IMG/VR virus record: IMGVR_UViG_3300032397_000006
Location: 1 to 64,000 of that record
Direction: 5' to 3' (one strand)
Origin: a virus
DNA length: 64,000 nucleotides
Every line of letters starts with the position of its first letter. Position 1 is the first letter of the stretch. The position numbers and the translations under genes are program-made. This document shows positions 38,129 through 47,586 of the stretch, in pieces. The notes beneath the pieces were generated by a model that worked only from the letters and a program-made list of their open reading frames with translations, did no database searches and was not told the DNA's origin.

Positions 38129-39877
38129 TCAATCCTCCGTGATCTCGATCGTCTGCTCAGCGCCACGCACTACTCGAGTCACGCGCGCCTTACGTAGCTC
38201 GTTCGTCGCAAACTGCGCGATCGCCCTCGCCGATTTCCGCGCTTGCTGCGAAATCAGCTTGTCGTCGCCCTCGTCGTCGTCGCCCTGTGCGGCCCACGGC
38301 GGCGTCTGCCCGTCCTGGTGGAGCAAGTTATCGTCGGGCTCCTCGTCGGGCTGCGCTGGCCCCGCCGCGCCTGCGCCCGGGGGCTGCCCGGGCTCCCCTT
38401 GCCCAGGCTCCCCGCCTTGCTGCTGTTGCTGCGCGGCTGCGTCCTTTTGAAGCGCCCACTGGATCCAGGTGGAATTCAGAATCGCCTTACCCTGTTCGCC
38501 GGGCAGTGGCTTCATGTCCTCTTGAGCTCGGATCTCGTTGACCGTCTTGTAGGTAGAGCCGTCCTTCGACAACGCTTCGCGATCCGCTTCCTCACCCGAG
38601 CCGAACATACCGCCGAAAATGAATTCGAAGTCGGGCGCGAGATCCCAAATCAGGTGGCTGTTGATCACGTCCGTAAAGTGATCGGATAGCGGACGCAGGC
38701 CCTTGTCTTTCGACTCCGCGAGTTTCGATTCTTGATCGCCCGTGTTGAGCGAACTCGACTGCCCAGTGTTGCCGAACTGGAAATTGATCTCGAGCGGATC
38801 GACGCCGTACACCGCGCAGATCAGCTTAGTCACCCAATCCATCCACGCCGAGAATTCCATTTCTCGGTTGTTGGAGTGCATCGACACCCATTGAATGTCT
38901 TCGCTGTTTAGGATCGGCGTACGCCACGCATTCTCGACGCCGGAGATCATCGAATACCACTGGCGCCGGAAGGCACGCATTTGCTTATCCGGGATCGTAC
39001 CCTTGATATTAAGCAGCCCCTTTACCGCGCTGCCTTGCTGGAAAAAGGCCTGGTTATACTGGAATCCGAAAAGCCACGCAGTCACGAGGCGAATGATCTG
39101 CTCGATCGGCGAAAACCCAAACCCGTTCGTACGCAGGTCAGAGCGGGGATTCATGATGCACCACGCGAGCTCATCGTATGCGAACTCAGCGATCACCGTG
39201 TTTTCGTAGACCTGGACGTAGCTCACGCGCTGCCGCATTTCCGCCATGCCTGCATGCTCAACGTCGAGCACCGCGGGACGGATCGTTTCGCTTGGTAACG
39301 CAATGAAACGCGACACGCGCCCTTCTCGATCGGAGAGCTTTTCAAAGGCCCACTGATCGTAGGTCAGGGTGTCGCGCAGCCCCTTTTTCAAGAACGAGCG
39401 GAAGCTATCCCGGTCTCGAGCTCGCTCGCCGGTCTGCAGCACGCCGGTAGTCTCGAGCATGCGCTCAATTTCCATCGCGCGTTTACGCTCGACCGGAGTC
39501 ATGCTCCGATTTCGATCACGCCGATCTCGCAAGATCACGCGATAGCCCTTGTCATACTTCCCTTGTTGCGGGCGAGCGAACTGCGCCATTTGATTCGTGC
39601 GCAGCTGAATGATCGCAGCGAGGGGGGCGCACGTCATGGACATGTGCCGCAAAGCCTCGTAGGTCAGCATGGACGGACGCTGGCGCCACCCTCCCCAATC
39701 GTTGATCGCGTAGGGATCGAAGAACATCGCCTTAGGCTTTTCTTGCGTAGGCTCCGCGAGCCCACGCGCCTGCAGCGCCTTCACCATTTCATCGGCGGAG
39801 ATATCCTCGTTGCTCCCATTTGCCCACGCGCTGAGCGCGTTAACAGACCGTCGCCGGATATCGTCAATGATCCCCAT
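38129..39877 (-). CDS. Portal protein (SPO1/Twort-like)
   Basis: AIIQLRTNQ, RDTLTYDQ, NPRSD...GFSPIE, FFQQGS..KGLLNI, REMEFSAW, SKDKGLRPL and TVNEIRA motifs. Confidence 0.93.
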   Translation of the reverse strand: MGIIDDIRRRSVNALSAWANGSNEDISADEMVKALQARGLAEPTQEKPKAMFFDPYAINDWGGWRQRPSMLTYEALRHMSMTCAPLAAIIQLRTNQMAQFARPQQGKYDKGYRVILRDRRDRNRSMTPVERKRAMEIERMLETTGVLQTGERARDRDSFRSFLKKGLRDTLTYDQWAFEKLSDREGRVSRFIALPSETIRPAVLDVEHAGMAEMRQRVSYVQVYENTVIAEFAYDELAWCIMNPRSDLRTNGFGFSPIEQIIRLVTAWLFGFQYNQAFFQQGSAVKGLLNIKGTIPDKQMRAFRRQWYSMISGVENAWRTPILNSEDIQWVSMHSNNREMEFSAWMDWVTKLICAVYGVDPLEINFQFGNTGQSSSLNTGDQESKLAESKDKGLRPLSDHFTDVINSHLIWDLAPDFEFIFGGMFGSGEEADREALSKDGSTYKTVNEIRAQEDMKPLPGEQGKAILNSTWIQWALQKDAAAQQQQQGGEPGQGEPGQPPGAGAAGPAQPDEEPDDNLLHQDGQTPPWAAQGDDDEGDDKLISQQARKSARAIAQFATNELRKARVTRVVRGAEQTIEITED

Positions 39878-39886
39878 TTGCCTGCC

Positions 39887-41860
39887 TTAGCCGTGAGGGC
39901 AGGAACATGCCCCGAATGCGTGCGTGAGCATATCCGTTTGCTGCACCGCACGGTAACCGTGGATCACGCAGTCGCCCGCGATCGAAGCTTTTGCTACACG
40001 GTCGCGCTCGCTGTAGTCGAGCGCCACGTTTGCGGCGCGCCCGAAAGTCGGCACCTGCCGATCGTCTGCGAATCGCACCAACTTGAGATGCGAGGGGGCG
40101 ACAGAGAGCCGCGTCGAGGAACTGTGCGCGTGCTGGTTTGCGTCGAGCGCTTTGAACCAATCGTTTCCCTGACTGAGCTGAAACACCGCACCGCCGATGC
40201 CCGCCGATCCTGTCGCCGTGTGGCTGTCCTCGTCGGTGGGTAGCGTGCTTTTCGCCGCCAGCGCTTCGGTCACACCGATGATTTGTCGCTCGCGCAAGAT
40301 CTTGGCTACCGCGTCCTGCGTGACCTTGTAGCGCGACGCGGCTGCTCGCAAATTCTTACTCGTGCCCAGCGACTGCACGAGCTGCCCCATAATGGCTTGA
40401 GCCATTGCTTGCTCGTTGTACATTTGCTGCGGCGATTCTTGCGACACCACGCCGTAGCTCGTCTCGATAAAGCTCACGAGATACGGCATGAGAAACCGCT
40501 CCGGAATCGCGACGTCGGTACCGTCGTCTGCAAAGCCGTCGAGTCCCTTGCGCAGCACGTTGCGCTGCAACGCGTGGAAAAGTGATTTCCCAAGAGCACG
40601 CGCGCTTTTCTTGACCCTGAACGGATTCTGCTTTTCTTGCTCAGCTGCGTACTCGCGATCGAGGCGCTCTGCATACTCGCGCGCTTCCGCTTGCGGTTCG
40701 TACGTGTCCAGGTGTTCCTTGGCTGCGGCCTCGTGCTTCTCCGCTTCAGAATGAAAGCCGTACTTCCTGTGATCCTCTGCGACGATCAAATGCGCTTCTG
40801 CTGCGCGTTTGTGTAGCACTTTCTTGTTTTTTGCGCGCTTATTCGACGCTTCCATATCCGCAATCTCTGCGTCTGCTTTCTTAGCGCGCAGCAGACGGTG
40901 GATTTTCTCGTCGACCGCAACGGGCGCGGGAGGCGCAGAGCCCTCGATATACGCGTATTGCCAGCCTCCCTTACCGTCTGGCTTGCGCGTAATGTACTTG
41001 TGCCCAGGTCGCTCCGAATTCCAGCTCGATCCCTCCGCCTTAAACATGGAGGATTTTCCGAACGGCTTCTTTCCGCCGAACGCGGGAGGCTTCTTTTTCG
41101 GCTTGGCCTGATCGCCACCGAACGGCTTAGCCTTTGGCTTCGCGCCGAACTGCTGCGCGGGCTTTCCTGTACCGCCGTCTGCATCCTGATCGTCAGGTAC
41201 GCCGTCGTCGTCGGCATCCACGTCCTGATCGTCGGGCACGCCGTCCCCGTCCTGATCAGCATCCTGATCGTCAGGCACACCGTCCCCGTCCTGATCGGGC
41301 GCGTCCTGATCGGGCTGCTCGTCGCCGGGACCACCGCCGCCAGCCTCGAGCCCTTGCCCGCCCTGCACCGCACGCACGAGCTTGCGCACAAGCTTGTGGT
41401 ACGTGTCGAGCAGCGCCATGGAGTTATGGTGCTGCGCGCCGTGAAATCCCTTCGCGGCGTAGTAGTCGCGCTCTGCATCGGCGATTTGCTGCACGAGTGC
41501 CTGAGGGTCTTCGCTCGCGTCGCCACCTGCGTCCGCGCCGTCGTCGCCCTCCGGCAGATCCTCCCCATCGCCCTCGTCGTCGAAGCCCTCGTCGTCGCCT
41601 TCCTCGCCCGCGCCGTCGTCGAGCTCGTCACCGTCACCATCACCAGGCCCGGGCTCGCCCTCGTCGCCATCGGGCTCCTCGCCCTGATCGTCGCCCTGCC
41701 CGTCGTCGGGTGCCGTGTCAGACGCGTCCGGAGCTCCGCTGTTCGGATCCTGATCGTCGGGCACACCGTCCCCGTCCTGATCATTCTCCTCGTCAGCGCC
41801 CGCCTTTTTCTTGGCGAACGGCGGCACGGCTTTCAGCAAAAGATCGATCGCGTCTAGCAT
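39887..41860 (-). CDS. Acidic modular protein with DxDGDG repeats and one GHKY-PDGKGGW motif
   Basis: 657 aa; DQDGDGVPDDQD repeats; several LxK[AS] sites. Confidence 0.75.
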   Translation of the reverse strand: MLDAIDLLLKAVPPFAKKKAGADEENDQDGDGVPDDQDPNSGAPDASDTAPDDGQGDDQGEEPDGDEGEPGPGDGDGDELDDGAGEEGDDEGFDDEGDGEDLPEGDDGADAGGDASEDPQALVQQIADAERDYYAAKGFHGAQHHNSMALLDTYHKLVRKLVRAVQGGQGLEAGGGGPGDEQPDQDAPDQDGDGVPDDQDADQDGDGVPDDQDVDADDDGVPDDQDADGGTGKPAQQFGAKPKAKPFGGDQAKPKKKPPAFGGKKPFGKSSMFKAEGSSWNSERPGHKYITRKPDGKGGWQYAYIEGSAPPAPVAVDEKIHRLLRAKKADAEIADMEASNKRAKNKKVLHKRAAEAHLIVAEDHRKYGFHSEAEKHEAAAKEHLDTYEPQAEAREYAERLDREYAAEQEKQNPFRVKKSARALGKSLFHALQRNVLRKGLDGFADDGTDVAIPERFLMPYLVSFIETSYGVVSQESPQQMYNEQAMAQAIMGQLVQSLGTSKNLRAAASRYKVTQDAVAKILRERQIIGVTEALAAKSTLPTDEDSHTATGSAGIGGAVFQLSQGNDWFKALDANQHAHSSSTRLSVAPSHLKLVRFADDRQVPTFGRAANVALDYSERDRVAKASIAGDCVIHGYRAVQQTDMLTHAFGACSCPHG

Positions 41861-41921
41861 AGGTCTCCCCTCGGATTCTCGCCGAGAGTACCCTAGCGCC
41901 TACGCGAGCGCGAGCGTTGAC

Positions 41922-42092
41922 CTACTTCGCCGCGGACTCGCGTGCAACGCACGCACGGAATCGGACAACATCCTCGCTATCCTCGAGACTTGAATCCGCC
42001 CTGTCGTCGCTGTCGTCGCGCACGTAGTTTTTCAAGCGTTCAAGCATATCCTCGCGACTGAACGAGGCCTTTCTTGGTTTCTGATCCTCCAT
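41922..42092 (-). CDS. Small acidic protein coupled to the zeta-like gene
   Basis: TGATG overlap at 42090-42094; MEDQKPRK..., 56 aa. Confidence 0.5.
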   Translation of the reverse strand: MEDQKPRKASFSREDMLERLKNYVRDDSDDRADSSLEDSEDVVRFRACVARESAAK

Positions 42093-43387
42093 CACACCCT
42101 CCGGAGCACGAGCTTTACAGCTCGCATAGACTTCATCCAACCACGGGCGCGCGCGATCAAATGTCGGCGTAATCCCGTCTGTTTGAATTTTCGCACATAG
42201 TTCGGATCAATAACAACGTCGGGCTGATTTTCTCCGCCCGCCCACACTAGGCGCGGTTTCGGGCCTGCGTTGTCAAATAGCGAGAATTCATGAGCTCTAC
42301 GCGCTATCTGCTCGAAATTCCCAGGAATGACGTGGTGCGCTTCCCGCACGAAATTGTCAGGCACGTAACGCCCGGTATTCCGCGCTCGGGAGCCCACGCG
42401 GGAGACAGCCTCAGCGAGCGGAATGTGTGGCATCACGAGGTGCACGTGGTAGCCCGCGGCTTTCAGTGCCTCGATTCGCCCAATGAATTTCTCCGTGTTT
42501 TTCCCCGTGCCGTCGAGAATCAAATTCTTGCGCTCTGCCACAGCGCGAGCTCGGACCTTTTCGCCGAGGTCGCTGGACTCCTCGTGTGCCATGGCCGCGG
42601 CATCTTTCGCCGTCACCGTCGATCCGTCCGCTGTGAGTCCGTACGCGAGAGCTCGCTGATACTCAGGTAGCTTTTCCTTACACGCGTCTGGATCGGACAC
42701 GACGAAATCATTGTGGTCGCCCACTAGCGTGGCGAGGATCGAGCCCTTGCCGACGCCGGAGCCTCCCATGGTGACGATCGCCGTGGGCGTGCGATCGAGC
42801 GGCACGGGCTTCACGTGCTTGGTAAATGAATCCACGATCGCCGCGTGGAGCGCTTTACGCTCAGGCGTGTAATCCTTGAAGCGCACCGGGCGAATACGAC
42901 CGACCTCGATTGTGTGCGCGGTTTTCGTTTCCGCAGGAAGCCCGATCGAAGTCGCGGATTCGAGCCAAGCGCGATCGCGCTTGGTTGCGTGCGTTGCGCG
43001 CTCCGCGTCTGAAAATACGTGCACCACTTCGGCCGGGCTCACGATCGGGAAACTGCTGGGCGCCTCGCGACGCTGCACCGGCTTTGTGCCCGTGTGTCCG
43101 TAGTCGTAGTTCCAGCCGCCCTTACCATCTGGCGTGCGACGAATGTATTTATGCCCGGGCCGCTCCTCGCCCTTTTCCGACTTGAGCAAATCGAGCGGGA
43201 TCACGTGCGCCTTTTGTGTCGGCTGCTGCTGCGCTTGCTGTCGAGGAAAGCGAGCTCGAAATCCGCGCTCCCTCGAGCGTCGGATGTCCGAATATTTCTT
43301 AGGCTGCGCGAGCCCTTGTGCGAGGCCTCCGCGCAGCATATCGGCGAGGCGTGCCGTCTCGCGTGGATCCTTCGGCGGTAGGCTCAC
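42092..43387 (-). CDS. Zeta-toxin-family P-loop kinase with an N-terminal GHKY-PDGKGGW motif
   Basis: MGGSGVGKG Walker A, DPDACKEKLPEY, AHEESS, NLILDGTG, R...TGRYVP and LFDN; GTGA-coupled start at 43387. Confidence 0.85.
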   Translation of the reverse strand: MSLPPKDPRETARLADMLRGGLAQGLAQPKKYSDIRRSRERGFRARFPRQQAQQQPTQKAHVIPLDLLKSEKGEERPGHKYIRRTPDGKGGWNYDYGHTGTKPVQRREAPSSFPIVSPAEVVHVFSDAERATHATKRDRAWLESATSIGLPAETKTAHTIEVGRIRPVRFKDYTPERKALHAAIVDSFTKHVKPVPLDRTPTAIVTMGGSGVGKGSILATLVGDHNDFVVSDPDACKEKLPEYQRALAYGLTADGSTVTAKDAAAMAHEESSDLGEKVRARAVAERKNLILDGTGKNTEKFIGRIEALKAAGYHVHLVMPHIPLAEAVSRVGSRARNTGRYVPDNFVREAHHVIPGNFEQIARRAHEFSLFDNAGPKPRLVWAGGENQPDVVIDPNYVRKFKQTGLRRHLIARARGWMKSMRAVKLVLRRV

Positions 43388-46300
43388 GTGTCCCCCCAAA
43401 TGCGCTTTCCTGCGGTCGCGCCCTGATAAATGTGCGAGGCGATTTTGCCTGCACGGTGCTGATCTTCAATGTAACTCATGGAGTCTCGATAAATCGAGTC
43501 TGCATTTATTGCGCGCGCACTGTCTGGCATGCTGTCGCCCAACGCTACGTTCGGTTTGCCCCCTGGAAATGTCACCTCAGCGAATACGAAATCCGCGTGA
43601 TCCTTGTGCGCTTCGTGGAATTTCGAGAAGTTTTTCGCGCCCTCTGCGTAGCTGTCGGCGAATACGCGTGCGTCGACCATACGCCCCGCGCCCACCGCAC
43701 GTGCGACAGCGCCTGGCCAAGCGCGCTTTGGATCCGAGTGCACAAACATGAACGTGGGCTTTATCCCACGTTTCGCGCACTCAGAAATCAACCACTCGTT
43801 CTCCGTTGCGTTCTGCTCGCCTGCCGCGTCCCAGGTAGCAGCTACTGACTTCGGCAGATCAGGACGCGCGGCAAGGCCTACGCCTTTGCCCGCCGCACAG
43901 CCGCCGCTCGTGACCAAGATCTTACGGTCTCCCGGTGCCATTTTCGCGATCTCGTCAAGGCGCGTGATAAAGGCACGCTTCGCGATCGCGTTCGCAGTCT
44001 GATGCAGCGCAGTGTTGTACAAGCTCCGCGCCTTGGCACGCTCGAGATTCATCGGCTCGCCTGGCTTATCCGGAGGCAAGTCGTCGCGCTTCCAGTCGGC
44101 GAGCAATGCCTTCGCGCCATCTGTTTCGAACACGTAATTGTTCTTTTTCGCGATCTCGCCGAAAGCCTGAGCTGTACCGTTCGGGTCGCGCTCGAATGCG
44201 TCCGCGAAACGCGTCTCGATCGCACGCTCCTCGTGCGTGAGGTTAGGCAGCTTCGGCACACCAGGCGGGGGCAGCACAGCATCGCCCGGAATGCCGACGC
44301 GTGCGGCTTTCTCGTTCGGCTTCTGCGGCGTGGCGCTCCTCGAGAGCGGCTTACGCTTGACGGCTTGGCCTTGCGCAGATCGCGCCGTGCGTGGTGGCGC
44401 GTTCGTGTAGAAATACTGCCAGCCGCCCTTACCATCTGGCTTGCGCCGCATGTACTTGTGGCCGGCGCGTTCTTGCCCCGGTACAAATGCCTTTTTCATC
44501 GCACGACGGCGCACGCAAAACGTCGTCTGCGATTCCTTCGCACCGGCTTCTACACTGCGCAGTTTCTTGTAGTAGTCCGGACGCTCGCACAGGTGATCGA
44601 GGGCGATATCCGCGGCTTTCTCGAGATCCTTTGTGTGCTCGAGCTCGACCTGCATTCCTGCCTGTAGATCGGTCGCTGTCCAGCGCGCATGCTCCCACTC
44701 CACACCGAGGCGCTTCGCAGCGCTCATAGCTGCATCGTGCGAAACACGAAGTGCTTTCGACTTCCGCGTAGTGTCAGTGGCGCAGCTCGCGCAAGGCACA
44801 ACGGGATCGCAGCCAGAGCAGCTCTTTTTCAGCCCCTTTTTCGCCTTCGCGCGAGCTCGGGCCTTACGCCCCTTTGCGCGGTGCGACCACTCGAGCGCCT
44901 TACCTTCTGGCAGCTTGCCCTCAGCTTCTGCAGCGAAAGCCCAACGGCGCTGCTTTTCGCTAAACGGGTGCTGCATCTTGCCCTTCGCGAAAGCTTCAAG
45001 CTCGTCGAGCGGATCGAGTGATTTCTTTTTCTCAGCTGCCGCCAGCTGCTTTGCTACGCCGTGCGCATAGCTTTCAGCCAGCAGAGAAGCTCCGCCAAAT
45101 TCGACATCCTTTGGTGCCACGTGCGACATCTCGCGCACAAAGTGCTCGGCCTCCGCTTTGCTCGTGAGTGCTCCGCCCGCGTTGATGGAGTATCCGCTCG
45201 GAATATGCGTGACGTGGTAAATGCCGTACTGCCCGCGCGTGATTCCGTAATCGCCGATCGCCGGCATGGACGTGACCTCAGGATCGCGGATTTCCTTACC
45301 GTCTTTATCGCGGATCGCCAAGTGCACGTCGACCGTGCGCAGCTTCTCAGGCTTGATGCCCGCGACCTTTTCAGCTGCGCGCATAGCGTCGCGGTGCTTC
45401 GCGACCTTTTCGAATGCAGATTCCATCGCCTCGTTCAGACCAGGCGCCGCTTTGCGTGAAAACACGTAGGGGTGGCTGTTCTCCCAAGACTCGCGCCGCG
45501 CCTTTGAAGCGACGTCGAGATCCTTACGCGCTTCGGAGAGCTGCTGACTGTGGGAGGCAGCCTCGCGCGCGTGCTCGTGTGGCGTATCGCCCGCGACGAC
45601 GTGTGAATAGACGTAGTGCCAGCCCCCGCGACCATCGGGCTTGCGAGTCAGGTATTTGTGCCCTGCAACCTCGTCGCCCTTCGCGGCCTTGCTGAGCTCG
45701 CCGAGATTGTCTAGCGCATCGCCACTCTTGAGAGCCAGCATTCCCCATTTTTGCGACTCGGCGAGGCCTGCGCGCATGCCTGAGAACGCACCCTCAGACA
45801 TACCTGCCCGCTCGAGAGCAGCATCTAAACGCTCGCGTGTGACCTTCGCATGCGCCTTGGCCTCAGCGTGCCGCGTCGAACCCGGAGTGTGCGCGTATTG
45901 GCTGGCGACACGCTCTGCGCTCGCGCGCTCGTGCTCGCGCGACGCTGCCACCACAGCGCGCTGTGCAAGTGGCGCCTTACGCTTCGCATGCGCGTCTGCG
46001 TAGTCGTAGCGCCAGCCGCCGTGCCCGTTCGGCTCGCGCTTGAGATACTTGTGGCTGGTTGCCTCGTCGCCCTTGGAGGCCTTGATCAAAGGCAAGAGTG
46101 CATCGATCGCGTCGGCTGATTTATACGCGAGCGAAGTCGTCTTGAGGGCAACCCTACGCACGGTGCTAGGACTCGCGCGCAAACGGGACACGGTTTGCTT
46201 GTTCCAGAAATGCTCGATCTTACGTTTCGCTTTGCGCTTGGCTTTACGCGCAGCGAGCGCGCCCTTGATCTTTGCGTAGACGTAACTCCAACCGCCCTTA

Positions 46301-47586
46301 CCGTCAGGCTTGCGCTCCGTGTACTGATGCCCTGCCTGCTCCCCGCCGCGTACAGCATCAGCCTTCGCTGCTTTAATAAACAGCACAGGTGCCGATTTCT
46401 CGACTTTTGCCGGACGCCACGCATCGGGCTTCGTGTCAGGCTTTACGCCGTCTGCATTCTTGTCGTAGGAGCTGTCTTTTATGTAGCCACGCGGCACGAC
46501 GTCGAACGTGCAGTAGATGCCCATAATACCGATCGTGCTCCCCCAATTTTCGGTTGTGATCGGCGACGCTTTGTAGACGCTGTGCCGCTCAGTAAGGATC
46601 TTTTTTCGCATCTCTTTCACAGCACCCCACAGAGCATCTTTCTCGCCCTTGTTCGCGTAGGTGCTGTGGAACTTGATCGTCGCCTTAGCAGTCGGGCGAA
46701 ATGTCTTCGGGTGCGTTTCGCGTATCACGCTAACGGTCCCTTTTTCGCCGAACGTCTTCGGTCCTTTCTCGATATCAGAGAGCAGCTTGTCTATTTCCGG
46801 TGGCGGCAGCTCGCCCTCTTTTTTAGAGGCCGCATGCTCCGCGCTACCCTCTGCGGGATATTCATAATCCCAGCCGCCCTTACCGTCTGGCTTGCGCGTA
46901 AGGTATTTGTGCCCCGGGCGCTCCTCGCCCTTGGCTAGAGATTTCTCGTATTTGAATTCCGCGGTCTCCCGCTCGTATTTCGGCACTTGATAAGGATCTA
47001 CGTGTTTCCACCGCCCCTCGTGCCATACGGGCTCGAGATTCTTTTTCTTGCGCGCAGCTGGTAAAGGCGCCGTAAATAGCGGCGTAGCCGGCTTGTGCTC
47101 ATCGATTCGCGCTTCGGAATAGCCGCCAGGCAAGCGCCGCGTGCGCACATACGAAGGGTAATTGCCGAGACTGCGCGGCATGTCGAAATCAACGTTGTCG
47201 GAAGTCGCGCCGTCTCCCTCCAATAGGTGCCCGAAAACCTTAATCTCTTTCGAGTGCCAGCTCCCGCCCGCCGTGGCCAGGTACACCTTACCGTTATGCG
47301 GCAGCAGAAAAGGCGCGCTGTGCCCCTCGGTCGCGGCTTGCTCGATCGCTTGCTTGAGCACGCTCGGATCAAAGGCGCCCACTTGTTTCTTGTGATCGGC
47401 GGGAGGCTTGTAGCTGTATTTCCATCCGCCTTTACCATCTGGCGAGCGCAGCAGATATTTGTGCCCCTCGACCTCTACGCCCTTCGCCGCTTTCTCGAGT
47501 AGCGCTAGGGGATCGAGCTCAGGCTGAGCTCTCACAAGGCTCAAGCCGATTGCGTGCTTTCGAAGTGCTGAGATCGCATCAGTCAT
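43384..47586 (-). CDS. Large modular (polyvalent) protein: six GHKY-PDGKGGW motifs, DUF5661-like domain, C-terminal zeta-like P-loop kinase
   Basis: ATGA-coupled start at 47586 (MTDAISAL); GMQVELEHT...IALDHL.E.PDYYKKL; ILVTSGGCAAGKG...RAVGAGRMVD. Confidence 0.8.
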   Translation of the reverse strand: MTDAISALRKHAIGLSLVRAQPELDPLALLEKAAKGVEVEGHKYLLRSPDGKGGWKYSYKPPADHKKQVGAFDPSVLKQAIEQAATEGHSAPFLLPHNGKVYLATAGGSWHSKEIKVFGHLLEGDGATSDNVDFDMPRSLGNYPSYVRTRRLPGGYSEARIDEHKPATPLFTAPLPAARKKKNLEPVWHEGRWKHVDPYQVPKYERETAEFKYEKSLAKGEERPGHKYLTRKPDGKGGWDYEYPAEGSAEHAASKKEGELPPPEIDKLLSDIEKGPKTFGEKGTVSVIRETHPKTFRPTAKATIKFHSTYANKGEKDALWGAVKEMRKKILTERHSVYKASPITTENWGSTIGIMGIYCTFDVVPRGYIKDSSYDKNADGVKPDTKPDAWRPAKVEKSAPVLFIKAAKADAVRGGEQAGHQYTERKPDGKGGWSYVYAKIKGALAARKAKRKAKRKIEHFWNKQTVSRLRASPSTVRRVALKTTSLAYKSADAIDALLPLIKASKGDEATSHKYLKREPNGHGGWRYDYADAHAKRKAPLAQRAVVAASREHERASAERVASQYAHTPGSTRHAEAKAHAKVTRERLDAALERAGMSEGAFSGMRAGLAESQKWGMLALKSGDALDNLGELSKAAKGDEVAGHKYLTRKPDGRGGWHYVYSHVVAGDTPHEHAREAASHSQQLSEARKDLDVASKARRESWENSHPYVFSRKAAPGLNEAMESAFEKVAKHRDAMRAAEKVAGIKPEKLRTVDVHLAIRDKDGKEIRDPEVTSMPAIGDYGITRGQYGIYHVTHIPSGYSINAGGALTSKAEAEHFVREMSHVAPKDVEFGGASLLAESYAHGVAKQLAAAEKKKSLDPLDELEAFAKGKMQHPFSEKQRRWAFAAEAEGKLPEGKALEWSHRAKGRKARARAKAKKGLKKSCSGCDPVVPCASCATDTTRKSKALRVSHDAAMSAAKRLGVEWEHARWTATDLQAGMQVELEHTKDLEKAADIALDHLCERPDYYKKLRSVEAGAKESQTTFCVRRRAMKKAFVPGQERAGHKYMRRKPDGKGGWQYFYTNAPPRTARSAQGQAVKRKPLSRSATPQKPNEKAARVGIPGDAVLPPPGVPKLPNLTHEERAIETRFADAFERDPNGTAQAFGEIAKKNNYVFETDGAKALLADWKRDDLPPDKPGEPMNLERAKARSLYNTALHQTANAIAKRAFITRLDEIAKMAPGDRKILVTSGGCAAGKGVGLAARPDLPKSVAATWDAAGEQNATENEWLISECAKRGIKPTFMFVHSDPKRAWPGAVARAVGAGRMVDARVFADSYAEGAKNFSKFHEAHKDHADFVFAEVTFPGGKPNVALGDSMPDSARAINADSIYRDSMSYIEDQHRAGKIASHIYQGATAGKRIWGDT

